Origin: Octopus sinensis
Lineage: Eukaryota
Reading direction: 5' to 3'
NCBI RefSeq assembly: GCF_006345805.1
Contig: NC_043012.1
Span: 21,018,001-21,082,000, forward strand
Length of the DNA: 64,000 nucleotides
Shown: positions 25,491 to 38,155 of the stretch, one piece after another
Layout: each line of letters begins with the position of its first letter
Numbering within the stretch: the stretch's first letter is position 1
The notes under the pieces: model-generated
Database searches by the model: none
Told to the model about the DNA's origin: nothing
What the model saw: only the letters and a program-made list of their open reading frames with translations
Position numbers and translations under genes: made by a program

Positions 25491-26628
25491 GGAGTGTGGT
25501 ACTTGGAAAGAGATTGAGAACACTCTAGAGGTGGAAGGAGAGAAACAGTTCCTAAAATGACTTCAAAATTAATTATAAGTAGAAGTCGAGGTAATGACAG
25601 TGAACAAGACGTAAACTGTTCATACATATCCGTCTCGCTTCATATATACAAGCTGTACGGCGGTTAGAGGGAAAAAATTGCAATTTTAAAATATACTTCT
25701 CTATTTTACCCCAAAGATTCAGAGAATCTGGAAAACGATAATAAGCTCTGCACATCCACCTCAATATGAGATAAGATAAGGATTCATATTACTTCCTCTT
25801 TAAATATTGCGCATCCTTGTCTTCTCTGAAAGTAAGGAATAAGAACTGTTGATTTACCGAAGATATAAGCGTAAATGTTTGCTAGCAACATAACCTAAGA
25901 GCTGAAACTGGAAATAATTAAAAAATACATTTTGGTCGTAGTTTGTTTTCGTTTGAAAGGCTGTCTTTAAATTATGACATAGTACGGTAATACCTTTGCT
26001 CACATTTCGCTTACAACATTTGCCAGTTTAGTTTCAAATTATTTACACGCCTCGTAAATTAAATGACAATGCTATAAAAAGTTACAGTACGGTTTGTTGG
26101 CAGATTTGGGATGTTCAGCCCTCGTAAGAAGAGAAATACTTACCTTAAACTAATAAATATGTAAAAGACAACCAACCCGAAACGTGATATTGTAGACAAC
26201 CACTTTAAATAAAGCAACCGGCGTTCATAACTTTCCTTATACTCAGCAACAAATGAATGTATATCGGCAGGAATAATCGATTTTTCGAAATGTCCAGCAA
26301 AGGATAAAAGCTGAATTAACAGCGGTATATGTGAATATAGAAGAACACACAGAAGCATAGTGACTAGTAGCAAAGAAACCAAACACATACACATGCAGAG
26401 AGATTCATACATAACATCCGTAAATAAAAGGTGGTGCGTTTATGAGTGGCAGACAAAGACATACACATTGGCATCCGTTCGTATCCAAACGAACCCTATA
26501 CTTCCATATAAACATGCAAAAGCACATACACATATCTCCCTATAACCCTCCCTTTTTGCATGTAATATATACATACATACATATATACATGTATATATAT
26601 GTATTTGTATATATATATATTTATGTAC

Positions 26629-26682
<54 letters not shown>

Positions 26683-26856
26683 AATACATATATACATATA
26701 TATTTATATATACAATACATATAAATACAATATATGCATATATAATATATATATTATATACATACATATATATATACATGTACATACATGCATATACATA
26801 TACATATATATATATATATAATCTGTACCCACATATGTATACATTCACACACGTAT

Positions 26857-26898
<42 letters not shown>

Positions 26899-27047
26899 CA
26901 CAAATTATACATATATATGTATGTCACACACACGCTCATACACACACACAAACACATACACAAGCACGCACACACATACACACAGATATATATACATATA
27001 TATAGAGAGAGAGACAGAGACAAATAGTCTACAAGAAAGTCATTCTC

Positions 27048-27086
<39 letters not shown>

Positions 27087-27922
27087 GTGGATGCGTGTTT
27101 ATGCATGTGTGTGTGTATTGCATACTCGTTCCTGTATGCGCATACCATACAACAACGCTGGTGCCGTTTATTTGTCGGCCATTCGTGTTCACTGAGTGCA
27201 TTCATCCTATGAAGGCCGTCAAGGGTTATAAATCCGTTGGGAGTAACAGTCAAACTTCGACTGAATCTTTCAGTTACCATAGCTGAAGCAAACCGTTCTT
27301 ACAGCGTGTAATTACTATGTCTAAGCAATCGCCATGTCGTTGTTTGACATTTAAAGTAAATCACATTGAAATAACTCTGGAGCGAAGTATTTAAACATAG
27401 CTACCACCATTCAGTCCTAAGTTTAAAATCTAAAACTCAAATCCCAAGCATTAAATACACTATAAATCTCGTTTTTCTCCCCATCGCACACACTGTCCCA
27501 TTTTTGTATATGCCTACATAGCTATATCTTACTCTCTCTCTCTCTCTCTCTCTCCATCTCTCTTTCCACATGCCACGCACACGCACAAACAGATATACAC
27601 ACACATTCATATATATATATATATATATATATAGATATATATATATATATATATATATTATAAAACACACACAATCTCTTGTTTCCTTAATCTCGTCATC
27701 ATTCATTCTTGTGTCTATTTTTACCTAACTTCCAGCGCGCCCATCTATAAATTTATCTCTCCATATCTCTCTAATTCTTCCTTGCTCTATCTCTCTTACC
27801 CTCTCTCTCCCCCCTCTCTCTCTCTCTCTCTCTCTTCACAGGCGCTCATATAAACATAAGCATAGGGGAAAGGAGAAACAGAATTATAGATTACCAAGCT
27901 AGCTAGCGAGATGGATGAATGC

Positions 27923-27924
<2 letters not shown>

Positions 27925-27985
<61 letters not shown>

Positions 27986-28022
27986 CATAGATAGATACAT
28001 AGATAGATACATAGATAGATAC

Positions 28023-28063
<41 letters not shown>

Positions 28064-28084
28064 AGATGGATGGATGGATGGATG

Positions 28085-28119
<35 letters not shown>

Positions 28120-28258
28120 GGATAGATAGATAGATAGATAGATAATATATAGATAGATATACAGACAGACAGATAGATAGATAGAAGATAGATAGATAGA
28201 TAGATAGATAGAAGATAGATAGATAGATAGATAGATAGATAAATAAATAGATAGATAA

Positions 28259-28353
<95 letters not shown>
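27925..28353. repeat. (GATA)n microsatellite
   Basis: About 430 bp of GATA/GATG/GACA repeats. Confidence 0.95.
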
Positions 28354-28354
<1 letters not shown>

Positions 28355-28632
28355 GAGATAAGATAAATTAAAATAGCAAGACAGATATGTATTCCTGTCT
28401 TTCTGTTAATCTTCCCTATACGCTGTTTCGAAAGCTTTACACGCATCGGCAGGCATACACGTATACTAAAATATATACGCGGTTTCTCATACGCATCTGC
28501 GCACACGGTTCCATATATATTGAATGCAGTTGTCACTTCCTACTTGTTCGCAACTTTAGACGTATCTATTCATGTACACAAAGTTATAGTAATCTTTCCA
28601 ACATATACACGTGAATATATTTACATGTGTGT

Positions 28633-28713
<81 letters not shown>
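28633..28713. repeat. (TAG)n microsatellite
   Basis: Pure TAG tract. Confidence 0.95.
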
Positions 28714-28714
<1 letters not shown>

Positions 28715-29299
28715 TTTTTTTATTATATTTGAATCTGGTATTGTAAAGATATGTTTTTGCTTCTCCACCGAAAACACGTTTTATTCAAGCATTTCGAGGT
28801 GACATTTTCTTTGGAGTATTTTCAGAAAGAACTGTAATTGCCCAAGAAAAATCTTGGCTTCGACAGCCAAGATTAGACAACGAGAGATGGTTTATAAACT
28901 GTAAAATATATTTAGACATTATATTTTCACATCCAAATAGATTTTAATATACACTAGTGCCCCGCAACAAACACCACAACTGTTAACAAAAACAACTTAA
29001 TATCCAAACGTACATGTATAATAATGAACTGAACAATAAAGTGAAGAAATAACAGAAAAAAATGTCCGAAATACCGAAGGAAAAATATTGGGAAACAGAG
29101 GCAGTTAACAACAAAATACCTGTTGCTATGTTTACACGGTTCCATTTACTGTGTGAACGCAAACCTTTCAATAAAAAAAATGAGCAGGTGGCATTTTAAA
29201 TCTATTACAGTTACAATGCAAAGGCTACACTCGCTCTCTGAAACAAAGAACTTCACGCCGGCTTTAAAAGTCGATGCCTTGTGAATCTTTCAAAGGAAG

Positions 29300-29610
29300 G
29301 AAATGTCAACAAACGCCTAAACCACCGTCCAAACTACTGCTGTCACTCGCTGCCACTGTTTTCAAACGGATCATTCGAGGAGAGACAATAGATATCCGTA
29401 TACGAGAAGAACAATTTGTTTTTCGCAAGAAAACGTCATGTGCGGATCATAGAAATACTTTAAGGAACATAGTGTAAACAGTCATATAAATCGTTCACTG
29501 CTCCTCTATCTAAATTACGTTGACTAGTAAAAGGCTTTTGATAGGACCCACCGTGAGACTATGTAGCAATTGATAAAACACAATGTTATCCCACAGAAAA
29601 TAGAGAGGGA
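29300..29610 (+). mobile_element. RTE-clade reverse transcriptase fragment (decayed)
   Basis: VFKRII...IRIREEQFVFRKKTSCADHRNTLRNIV...LYLNYVD**KAFDRTHRETM*QLIKHNVIPQKI matches RT motifs EQ.GFR..RSC.D and F.D..KAFD. Confidence 0.8.
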
Positions 29611-30329
29611 AAAATCCTGCAGGAACCGCCACGATGGAAGAGTGAGATTTGATTTTACAGTTAAAATTAATGTTTGCTAATGTAGTTTCTTATTTCCTTT
29701 GCTGTTCTTCTTCGTAGTCGGTTAAGTCATGGAAACTACCACAGTAGGCAAGCGGACCGGATTTTAGTGGACACTGTAGAAGACTAGTTTGCTTAAGCAT
29801 ATGACCTTGCACTACGGTCTCATATAACACGCCTGACGCTGAATAAAAGAGCCACTGTGAATGAAGTATTTCTGAAAGTCGGTCGGTCTGAATATTCGGA
29901 AACAAAGTGAGAGTTATGAGTCTCAATGCTTCAACGGCTGAGTCAGTATACTATGGATGACATACTTGAAGATAGTTAAGTTTTATGTGCCTGAGCAGCA
30001 GTGTCGACCAGGCGAAGACATGGTTTTCTTTGTTGCTGCTCTATAATTACCAGGAACATTAAGATTTTCATCCTCCACTCGTAAGCGAAACCAGAACTAG
30101 TGTTTTAAGCCTAGATATGGAGATATACACAAGTCAACTTTATTGAGCATTATTCCAAGATAATTTTCAGAACCTATTGGTCGAAGAAAATACATAACAT
30201 ATCTTTGTGAATGCAAATCCTGCAGACGCTTGTTAAACTGGTTTTAAATAGGACACAGCTTCAGACTACCCAACAAAGAACCGAAAGCAGTTCAGTTAAA
30301 ATAGCCCTAGACCACAACCGAACTCTTGA

Positions 30330-30500
30330 GATTATGTCTCAAGAGTTGTGGTCTACATATCACCTTCACACCTGCCAACGGCATCGCAAAGCACTACATG
30401 GGCGTGATGGCTAATGATTTCAAGTGAAGGTGCACACAGCACATGCATTCTCTCAGATACAGGGAGAGAGAAAACACCTCCTTATATAGAGACTTCATGA
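30330..30500 (+). mobile_element. Penelope-like GIY-YIG endonuclease remnant
   Basis: VVY...KHYMGVMANDFK*RCTQHMHSLRYRERENTSL resembles VVY...YIG.T...FK.R...H..SF......T.LS. Confidence 0.45.
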
Positions 30501-31600
30501 CCTTCGGTACGACTTACTCAACGTTAAATAGACCATCATATACAAAACCCCCATCTCACTCGTTACCTGAAATTATCAGCTTTTTCTCAGCGAAAGACTG
30601 CAATATTTCCACCAACCTGCTGTATTCTTCAAACTAAACTATTTTGCTACCAAAGGTACGCCCTCCTGCTGAACTTCAAGTCGGTGACCACCAACAACCC
30701 ATATATGTCATCTTAGTAATGGCTTCCTACCTAAGCAAGAACAAGGTGCCTAATCTCCACAACCAGCTCAGACCACAGATAGACTTTCTGTCAGACATAT
30801 TCATACCCAGGCCCTCGTACATGCATCCCAAACAGGTACGCACCAATACACATATACAGCTAATACTAAAGCACACCTATACGTGCAGATACGCATACAC
30901 ACACACACACCAACAAACTCAAACACAGGATCACTTATAAACACGTATAGTATATACACGCACATGCATACAGCTGATATGCTCGCAAACGTATACGCGT
31001 TCACAAACATACACAAACAGCCAATACACGTCTACATCCACACGTACACACATCTATGCACACCAGTACAAATGCAGTAACGAGCTGATGCCGGCGGCTC
31101 GAATGCATATATTCGCACATCAGACACCTACGCATACACGCCAGATACGCACGGATACATGCGCTTTCATAAAATAATTAAATACCCCCCCCCCCCCCAC
31201 ACACACACACACACACTGGAAGCTGTTGCCACTCGAAGACTATCGCACATGTTACTAACACAGCGAGGGGCCACCAACATGTTGTCACACTCTGCAATCC
31301 GAGAAATGTAGATTCAGATTTCTATTTCACGTCGCTGGATATTGATACTAATATCGACAGCACCATGTGACCCGCTTTGACCAATAGCGGCCCAATCTAC
31401 AGTAGCCATCTTGAATTCCTTCAGCTCTTCATTTGGTTACCCGAGTAAGATCCGTGTGGCGAGCCAACGATGATTTAAGTTGCTTGGAACCAAATCAAAC
31501 TGTTACACACACACACAGGCACACACACACTTGCGCACGCACGCACATACATATACATACAGACTCACACACAAGCCTACACGCACATACACACACACAC

Positions 31601-31664
<64 letters not shown>

Positions 31665-32357
31665 ATACGTAATAAAAATAATAATACATACATATAATGT
31701 AACATAATGAAATTTTATCTCCACTTAAAAGTGGATACGTTGTGTTAGAACAGAGAATACTACAATAGTTACCATAAGAGAACATCTCACATTGGCTTTC
31801 GGTGCTGAAAAGCACTCGTGTTTATATCGCTAGTGGAAGATGGATCATCCGATATCGCCAGCATTAAAATCACTAGATCACATGATTTCGGCCTTCCTGG
31901 CTTTGTCAATGATATATATTGTTCTGGCACTGTGATTCTATGTATCACTAGTGTCCAGGCATCCGCTGTCGACGAAGCCAAGGAAGACTGAAATCACGTG
32001 ATTCAGTGGTGTCGGCGATGGTGATAGTGGGTGATTTATCTGCCTGCTAGCGATATAAACAAGATTGTTTTTACACCCTTGAAAGCCAATATGAAAGGTT
32101 CTTTCATGGTAACTACTGCAGTATTCCGTCTTCTAATATAACGTTCACTTTCAAGTGGAGATAAATATCTTTCGTTATCGATACTGCTTCTGTCACTAAT
32201 TATCATTCTTATAATTTTAAATATATACACACACACATACATACATACATACATACATACATACATACATACACAACACACACACACACACACACACACA
32301 CCACACACCATATATATATATACATTTATACACCCATACATAAATACATATTCATAC

Positions 32358-32418
<61 letters not shown>

Positions 32419-32450
32419 TATATATATAATATATAATAGATATATATAAA

Positions 32451-32509
<59 letters not shown>

Positions 32510-33272
32510 TGTTTGTATGCATATGTATTTATGTATGGGTGTATAAATGTGTGCGTGAGTGTATATATCTTTCCAATTATATATATATATATATATATTT
32601 GCCTGTGTGTGTGTTTGTGTAACTGAAACGAGCGAAGGTCAATACGACAAAGTATCTGTTGGCAATGAAATTGGATAATGTAAATTGAAGGGTAAGGTAT
32701 TGGGTGCCGTACGCAATCAGTTTATAATTTAATGAAATTTCTTTCTAACTGGACGATAATTGTCAGTGACTGCAATGACAAGAGAGTATAATTTCAACAA
32801 ATCAAGGATATATTTCATGATCTAATTTGCATGCGTAGAGAAAGGGCAAGCTGATCTTTTCATATTAGGAACGCTTATAGAGAGGCGTTCAGGTCTATTT
32901 GACATTGTCAGGTCAGTGCATAAGGTTTTACATATTAGAATATGTTATGCATGATGTTGTCCGAAGTTAATGAAGGAATAATTTTACAACAGTCGTATCC
33001 GTTGCTATGCTGCGGGTAACGATCAGGTCATGATGAAAAAGATCTTTCAACAGAAGCCTACTATAATGATCACAATTATATATTTAACAACAACCTGTTT
33101 CTTTCTTTTCTAGAAACAAATTTTAATTCTCTCTCTCTCTCCCGAAAACGCCCGCCATTTACATAAATATATGATGAATGAACATTTCCATGTGCTACGA
33201 TGGACTCGACGGTTGTCTGTTTGGTTTCGCCGGGTATGTCGGTTTTGTTTATTTTTGATATGTTTTGAATAT

Positions 33273-33336
33273 GTTCCACTGATGAACAAAAGACGTAGAT
33301 AATACGTTAATTGCGAAATCACAGGTGATCTGGAAC
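33273..33336 (+). ncRNA. Type I hammerhead ribozyme
   Basis: GUUCCA-CUGAUGA-[A CAA AA G ACGUA GAUAA UACGU U AA UUG C]-GAAA-UCAC AG GUGA-UC/UGGAAC. Stem I is 6 bp; AUC cleavage after 33330; the base of stem II is an A.C mismatch. Confidence 0.75.
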
Positions 33337-33527
33337 TAAATTCTGTTTTTAAATGTCTTGTTTCGAGATCTGCATTCGGTACGATTCGTTTATCTTTGGT
33401 AGTAATGACTTTGAAAGTCCCTCCTAGCATGTGGCATTTATGTGTAATAATGCCCTCTATATAATATAAACATATATATATATATATATATATACTTTAT
33501 TTTAAGCAGCAGAAAATTCAACAAAAT

Positions 33528-33558
33528 CTGTTACTCTGAGTTTCTCGTTGCCGTTCAT
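33528..33558 (-). ncRNA. Truncated hammerhead (5-prime half of the core replaced by (TA)n)
   Basis: ...AUGA-ACG GCAA CGA-GAAAC UCAGA GUA/ACAG; the CUG and the stem I 5-prime arm are missing. Confidence 0.4.
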
Positions 33559-33593
33559 ATATATATATATATGACGGAGAGTTCAGGGTGAAC

Positions 33594-34320
33594 CAGCATT
33601 GATAGATATAAGGACCAAAGAACTTTTTAGCCACAGAAGCACATTTTTTATTTACAGACAAGAGAGACAACCTCTTTACCGCAATTGAGAGGCGTTAGAT
33701 TGGCATGCAAATGTTGCATGAAATTTAATGCTCAGCAGTAATACTCACGCGTTTGCGGGTAGTGAAGTTAGATTCTACCCCGTCAGTATATATAGATTCA
33801 ATCATAGGAATCAGTAGCTGATTCCGCAAAATGCAAACGAGAAAAGGATAAAATAATGACGATGTCTAGACGCATTTCAAAACCAAAAACGAAATAACTC
33901 ATCCTCACTAAACAGTGACAAAAGGTGCAGGGAGCACGAGTATTGCTCGAAATAAGAGTCAAATAACATTTAGCCACAAAAGCACATTTTTTATTTACTG
34001 ACAGGGGAGACAATTCCCCCACTGCAATTGATTTTGAATTGCATCTAGCCACCTTCATTATTTTATCGTTTTCATATTAACATTTTGTGGAAGAGTCACT
34101 GTTTTCCTACGGTACAATCTATATATGTTGACGGGGTAGAATTTCACTTCACCACCCTCAGTGGAGCAAGCATTACTGAAACGAACTAAATCCCATGCAA
34201 AATTGTCATCCCAATCTGACGCCTCTTAAATGCGGTGGGGAGGTTGTCTCCCCTGTCAGAAAACAGAAATGGTGCTTTTATTGCTAAAGAGATCTTTCAC
34301 TCTTATTTCTAGCAATGCTG
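33594..34320. mobile_element. Foldback/MITE-like element with ~200-bp degenerate terminal inverted repeats
   Basis: 33594-33798 pairs with 34116-34320 (CAGCATTG...CTACCCCGTCA versus TGACGGGGTAG...CAATGCTG). A partial third direct copy lies at 33943-34030. No TSD seen. Confidence 0.7.
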
Positions 34321-34738
34321 ATAATCCCTTTCCACTTCGTCACACTTTAGTCACGGTAAAGTAATTTCCCTTTTCCGTTTTGAATTATTTCTAGCTACCT
34401 TCATTATATATATATTATATATATTATAATCTGTTTCGAACACTCAGAATATATACACATGTTTTACACACACAATAAACATGTCTGTTTTTTTATAATT
34501 TTGGCTTTGTTTGTGAAATGAAACAGTTGTAGGCGAATATGTCAATTACATATTTAATTAATTTGTACCCATTAGAAATCTCTGTTTTCTTACTCGATAA
34601 TGTTTGACATCTTACGGTATTTTAAATAATATATTCATTGAAGAAATATCTCTTCAAAATATAATATATTAACCCAGTGTATCTCGGATTAAAATATTCA
34701 TATAAGAGATTTGAATATCCTCATTGTGACTACATATC

Positions 34739-34774
<36 letters not shown>

Positions 34775-34884
34775 ATTATATATACATATACGTATATTTA
34801 TACATACATATATATATTTATACATATATATATATTATATATATATTTATACATATATATATATATATATATATCTATATATAT

Positions 34885-34932
<48 letters not shown>

Positions 34933-35099
34933 TTAGGGAATAAATCCAAATTTACAGGAAAAAATCAGATTTAGGATTAAATCCAATTTTATAGTAAAAT
35001 ATTATAAAATATTATTAGAGACAAAACCACTATTTTGCAAAACAAACAAGGAAAGACTTAATCAATACATAAAATTTTAATAAATAGTCAAAAAAACCG

Positions 35100-35142
35100 C
35101 CACTACAATTGTTTCTTGTCTTGATCGACAATCTTCAGGTGG
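35100..35142 (-). ncRNA. Type I hammerhead ribozyme (intact core)
   Basis: CCAC-CUGAAGA-UUGUC GAUCAA GACAA-GAAAC AAUU GUA/GUGG; palindromic stem III ACAAUUGU; cleavage between 35104 and 35103. Confidence 0.8.
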
Positions 35143-35332
35143 ACTTCCAATAAGTCAGTTTCAAATTATAGTGATGGCTTCTTATCAACTGAATGTGGTA
35201 GTCCCAGAAAAGGGAAGAATGCTACTGCTGTGCAGATCTACGAAACACCGTTTCTATTTGGCTACGTGTCACAAGCGTTCTGTATCCTTACCTTTTCAAA
35301 GAGGAGAGATAAATACCTACACCAAACAAATC

Positions 35333-35373
35333 CCAGAGACTAGTTTCAGTGTAATTGCACTTCATCAGTCTGG
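35333..35373 (-). ncRNA. Type I hammerhead ribozyme (intact core, GUC site)
   Basis: CCAGA-CUGAUGA-AGUG CAAUUA CACU-GAAAC UA GUC/UCUGG; palindromic stem III ACUAGU; cleavage between 35338 and 35337. Confidence 0.85.
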
Positions 35374-35406
35374 AGTAGCTTGAGCTTTCATATTTCTGAT
35401 TCTCTG

Positions 35407-35439
<33 letters not shown>

Positions 35440-35440
<1 letters not shown>

Positions 35441-35890
35441 ATAAATATTAGGGAATAAATCCAAACTTACAGGGAAAAATCAGATTTAGGATTGAATCCA
35501 ATTTTATAGTAAAATATTATATTATATTAAATTAGAGACAAAACCACTATTAGGCAAATCAAACAATGAAAAACTTAAGCCAATACATAAGATTATTTGA
35601 TTTATATTATTTAAATATATAACAAAATTTAAAAAATATAATTAATATCACACTACGTTTCATTGTTTCAACATCGCCAAGATAAATATTTAAACCACCT
35701 GATGAATGACTGTGACTCGAAAATTTGAAGAAGTTAGCAGCCATGAAACGATCGTAGTGTGATATTAATTATATTTTTTTAATAATTTTGTTATATATTT
35801 AATAATATAAATTAAATAATCTTATGTATTGGCTTAGTTTTTCATTGTTTGATTTGCCTAATAGTGGTTTTGTCTCTAATTTAATATAAT
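35440..35890. mobile_element. Inverted pLTR pair (foldback) of the same family as 34925
   Basis: Arms 35518-35663 and 35743-35890 are reverse complements around an ~80-nt spacer; flanked by (TA)n. Confidence 0.8.
35696..35759 (+). ncRNA. Type I hammerhead ribozyme (intact core, long stem II)
   Basis: CAC-CUGAUGA-AUGACUG UGACU...AGUUAG CAGCCAU-GAAAC GAUC GUA/GUG; palindromic stem III ACGAUCGU; cleavage after 35756. Confidence 0.75.
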
Positions 35891-35895
35891 ATATA

Positions 35896-35947
<52 letters not shown>

Positions 35948-36033
35948 CCTTGTAGTTTGATCGTTGATGATCGTTGATGATCTTCTTCTAGCATTCTGGC
36001 CGGCTACCTAGCAGGCCAGCCCTGCCAATATAC

Positions 36034-36064
<31 letters not shown>

Positions 36065-36094
36065 ATATATATACAAATTAAAAATAGGATAATT

Positions 36095-36290
36095 GTCTAG
36101 CTTTGCTAATTCACTTTTTATTCCATCTACAAAAGCTGCTGAGTATTTAAGTAATGATATTGCCCCAGTATTTACAGCCTTCACTAGATTCGGACCATTT
36201 AGTTTTGACTTCATTGGCTTCCTCACCCTTCTCATACACTCCTCAAGTTTCGTTTTCATTTCTATAGTTAGTACATTGTCAAATTCCAAT
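36095..36290 (-). mobile_element. R4/Dong-like non-LTR retrotransposon, post-RT region fragment
   Basis: KTKLEECMRRVRKPMKSKLNGPNLVKAVNTGAISLLKYSAAFVDGIKSELAKLD matches the R4-clade motif RRVRK...SKLNG.N...AIN.WA...L.YSA. Confidence 0.75.
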
Positions 36291-36505
36291 TATTGTCATT
36301 ATTATCATAACTATTATTAGTATTATTATTATATTATTATTATTATTATCATTATTATTATTATTATTATAGTAGTAGTAGTAGTAGTAGTAGAATGGAT
36401 TATTATTGTCATTGTTGTTGTAGATGTTAATAATAGTAATACTAATAATAATAGTAATAATAATAATGATGATGATAATAATAATAATAATATAATAATA
36501 ATAAT

Positions 36506-36538
<33 letters not shown>

Positions 36539-36569
36539 AATAATAATAATAACAATAATAATAATAGTT

Positions 36570-37050
36570 ATGGGGACTTGTGGTACTTTCTTATTCAATC
36601 GAACAAGAAGCTAGCAAATAATAACCAGACATAACAATAATGGAAAGGGAAAAGCGAAGCTGGTTACAAATTGATCCATTTTGTCCGTGTGGTTCCAAGA
36701 TCGTTTTAAAAATTAGGACGGAAAGTGAAATACAATTCCTTAAAATTTAAAATAGCAAGAATTTGGAGTATGAAAACTATAAAGGTTTTGCCTAAAAGTA
36801 GCTGGTCGCTTGGGAACTGTGAGTAAAGATGTAGACAAATGGTTGAAGGAGATTAGAATAGAATGTCCTGTAGAGCTTCTACAGAAAGTCTGCCTCTATG
36901 GGACATGAAAGATTATCAGGCGGGTCCTAAGCACTTGAAAGAGCGAGTGGATACTTAAAGGTGACCGGTAGTAAACCGCTACCCATAGAAATCCTACCAG
37001 TAATAAGACCGAACCGGAGTCACATCAATAATAATAATTATTATTATTAT
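36570..37050 (+). mobile_element. R4/Dong-like 3-prime end (restriction-like endonuclease) embedded in (TAA)n
   Basis: LWYFLIQ...PDITIMEREKRSWLQID..CP...KYNSLKFKIARIWSMK...GRLGTVSKDVDKWLKEI...LLQKVCLYGT*KIIRRVLST*, followed by a short 3-prime UTR and an (AAT)n tail. Confidence 0.8.
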
Positions 37051-37469
37051 CACAAACCTCGTCTTTGGCGCCGCCGCAACGTTTTTTCATCGATCCCACC
37101 GCCTTATTCATCGACTTTCTTACCGACTTTTATTGAAATTTATATTTACATTGCGACGCAAGGCCTTATTCAAGGAATTCTTTGTTGTTGGATTTCTTAA
37201 ACGCAATAATTTGTTTGGATTATAGAATTGAAGTCTGCATAGCAGCACCAGCTAATATTAAACTGCTTAGTGAAGAGAATGGAAGAAAATTTTTCCAGAC
37301 AATGAACGTTATGTTTATTCAGTTTTCGTTTGTAGAACAAAAAGAGTAATTGTTGTATAAGAATATGCCGCAAGGGAACCGCTATGCTAATTACTCTCAG
37401 TTATTTATTGAATACACACACTCTTTAATGCGCCATATATACATACATGAGTGTGTATATAGCTAGCTA

Positions 37470-37526
37470 GCTAGATAGATAGATAGATAGATCGATAGAT
37501 AGAGAGATAGATAGAGAGCGAGAGAG

Positions 37527-37578
<52 letters not shown>

Positions 37579-37583
37579 TGATT

Positions 37584-37651
<68 letters not shown>

Positions 37652-37690
37652 TAGATAGATTGATTGAGAGATTGATTGATAGATAGAAAG
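37470..37690. repeat. (GATA)n/(GA)n microsatellite
   Basis: Direct inspection. Confidence 0.9.
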
Positions 37691-37937
37691 ATAGAGAGAT
37701 ATACGTACATACGTAAATATGTGTATGTATATATACATAGATGTTGTGTATGTGTGCGTGTGTGTGTGTGTCTGTGTGTCAATATAATTTCTATGCCGTG
37801 TTTGATGAACAAATTGTTGCCAAGCTCGCAGCATTTAAGAATTTCTATAGATGTGGTTAGATTCATAAAGAGAACAAGGAATTCACAAAAGAAAGCAGAG
37901 ACAAAGATTATATATATATACTGATAAGTACGTATAA

Positions 37938-37968
<31 letters not shown>

Positions 37969-38118
37969 CAAACACACAAAGACACACACACAAGCACACT
38001 TATGTGTTTGTGTATTTATGTGTGCACTTAAGAATGTAAAATCATATTTCTATTAAGTATATACATATATATATATGTATATACATATATATATGTATGT
38101 ATATACATATATATATAC

Positions 38119-38155
<37 letters not shown>

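Larger units (their letters stand above)
34925..35400 (-). mobile_element. PLE-pLTR-like / retrozyme-like unit with two tandem hammerheads, embedded in (TA)n
   Basis: Begins with the TAAATATTAGGGAATAAATCC block also found at 35440 and 52440. Contains HHRs at 35100-35142 and 35333-35373. Confidence 0.6.
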
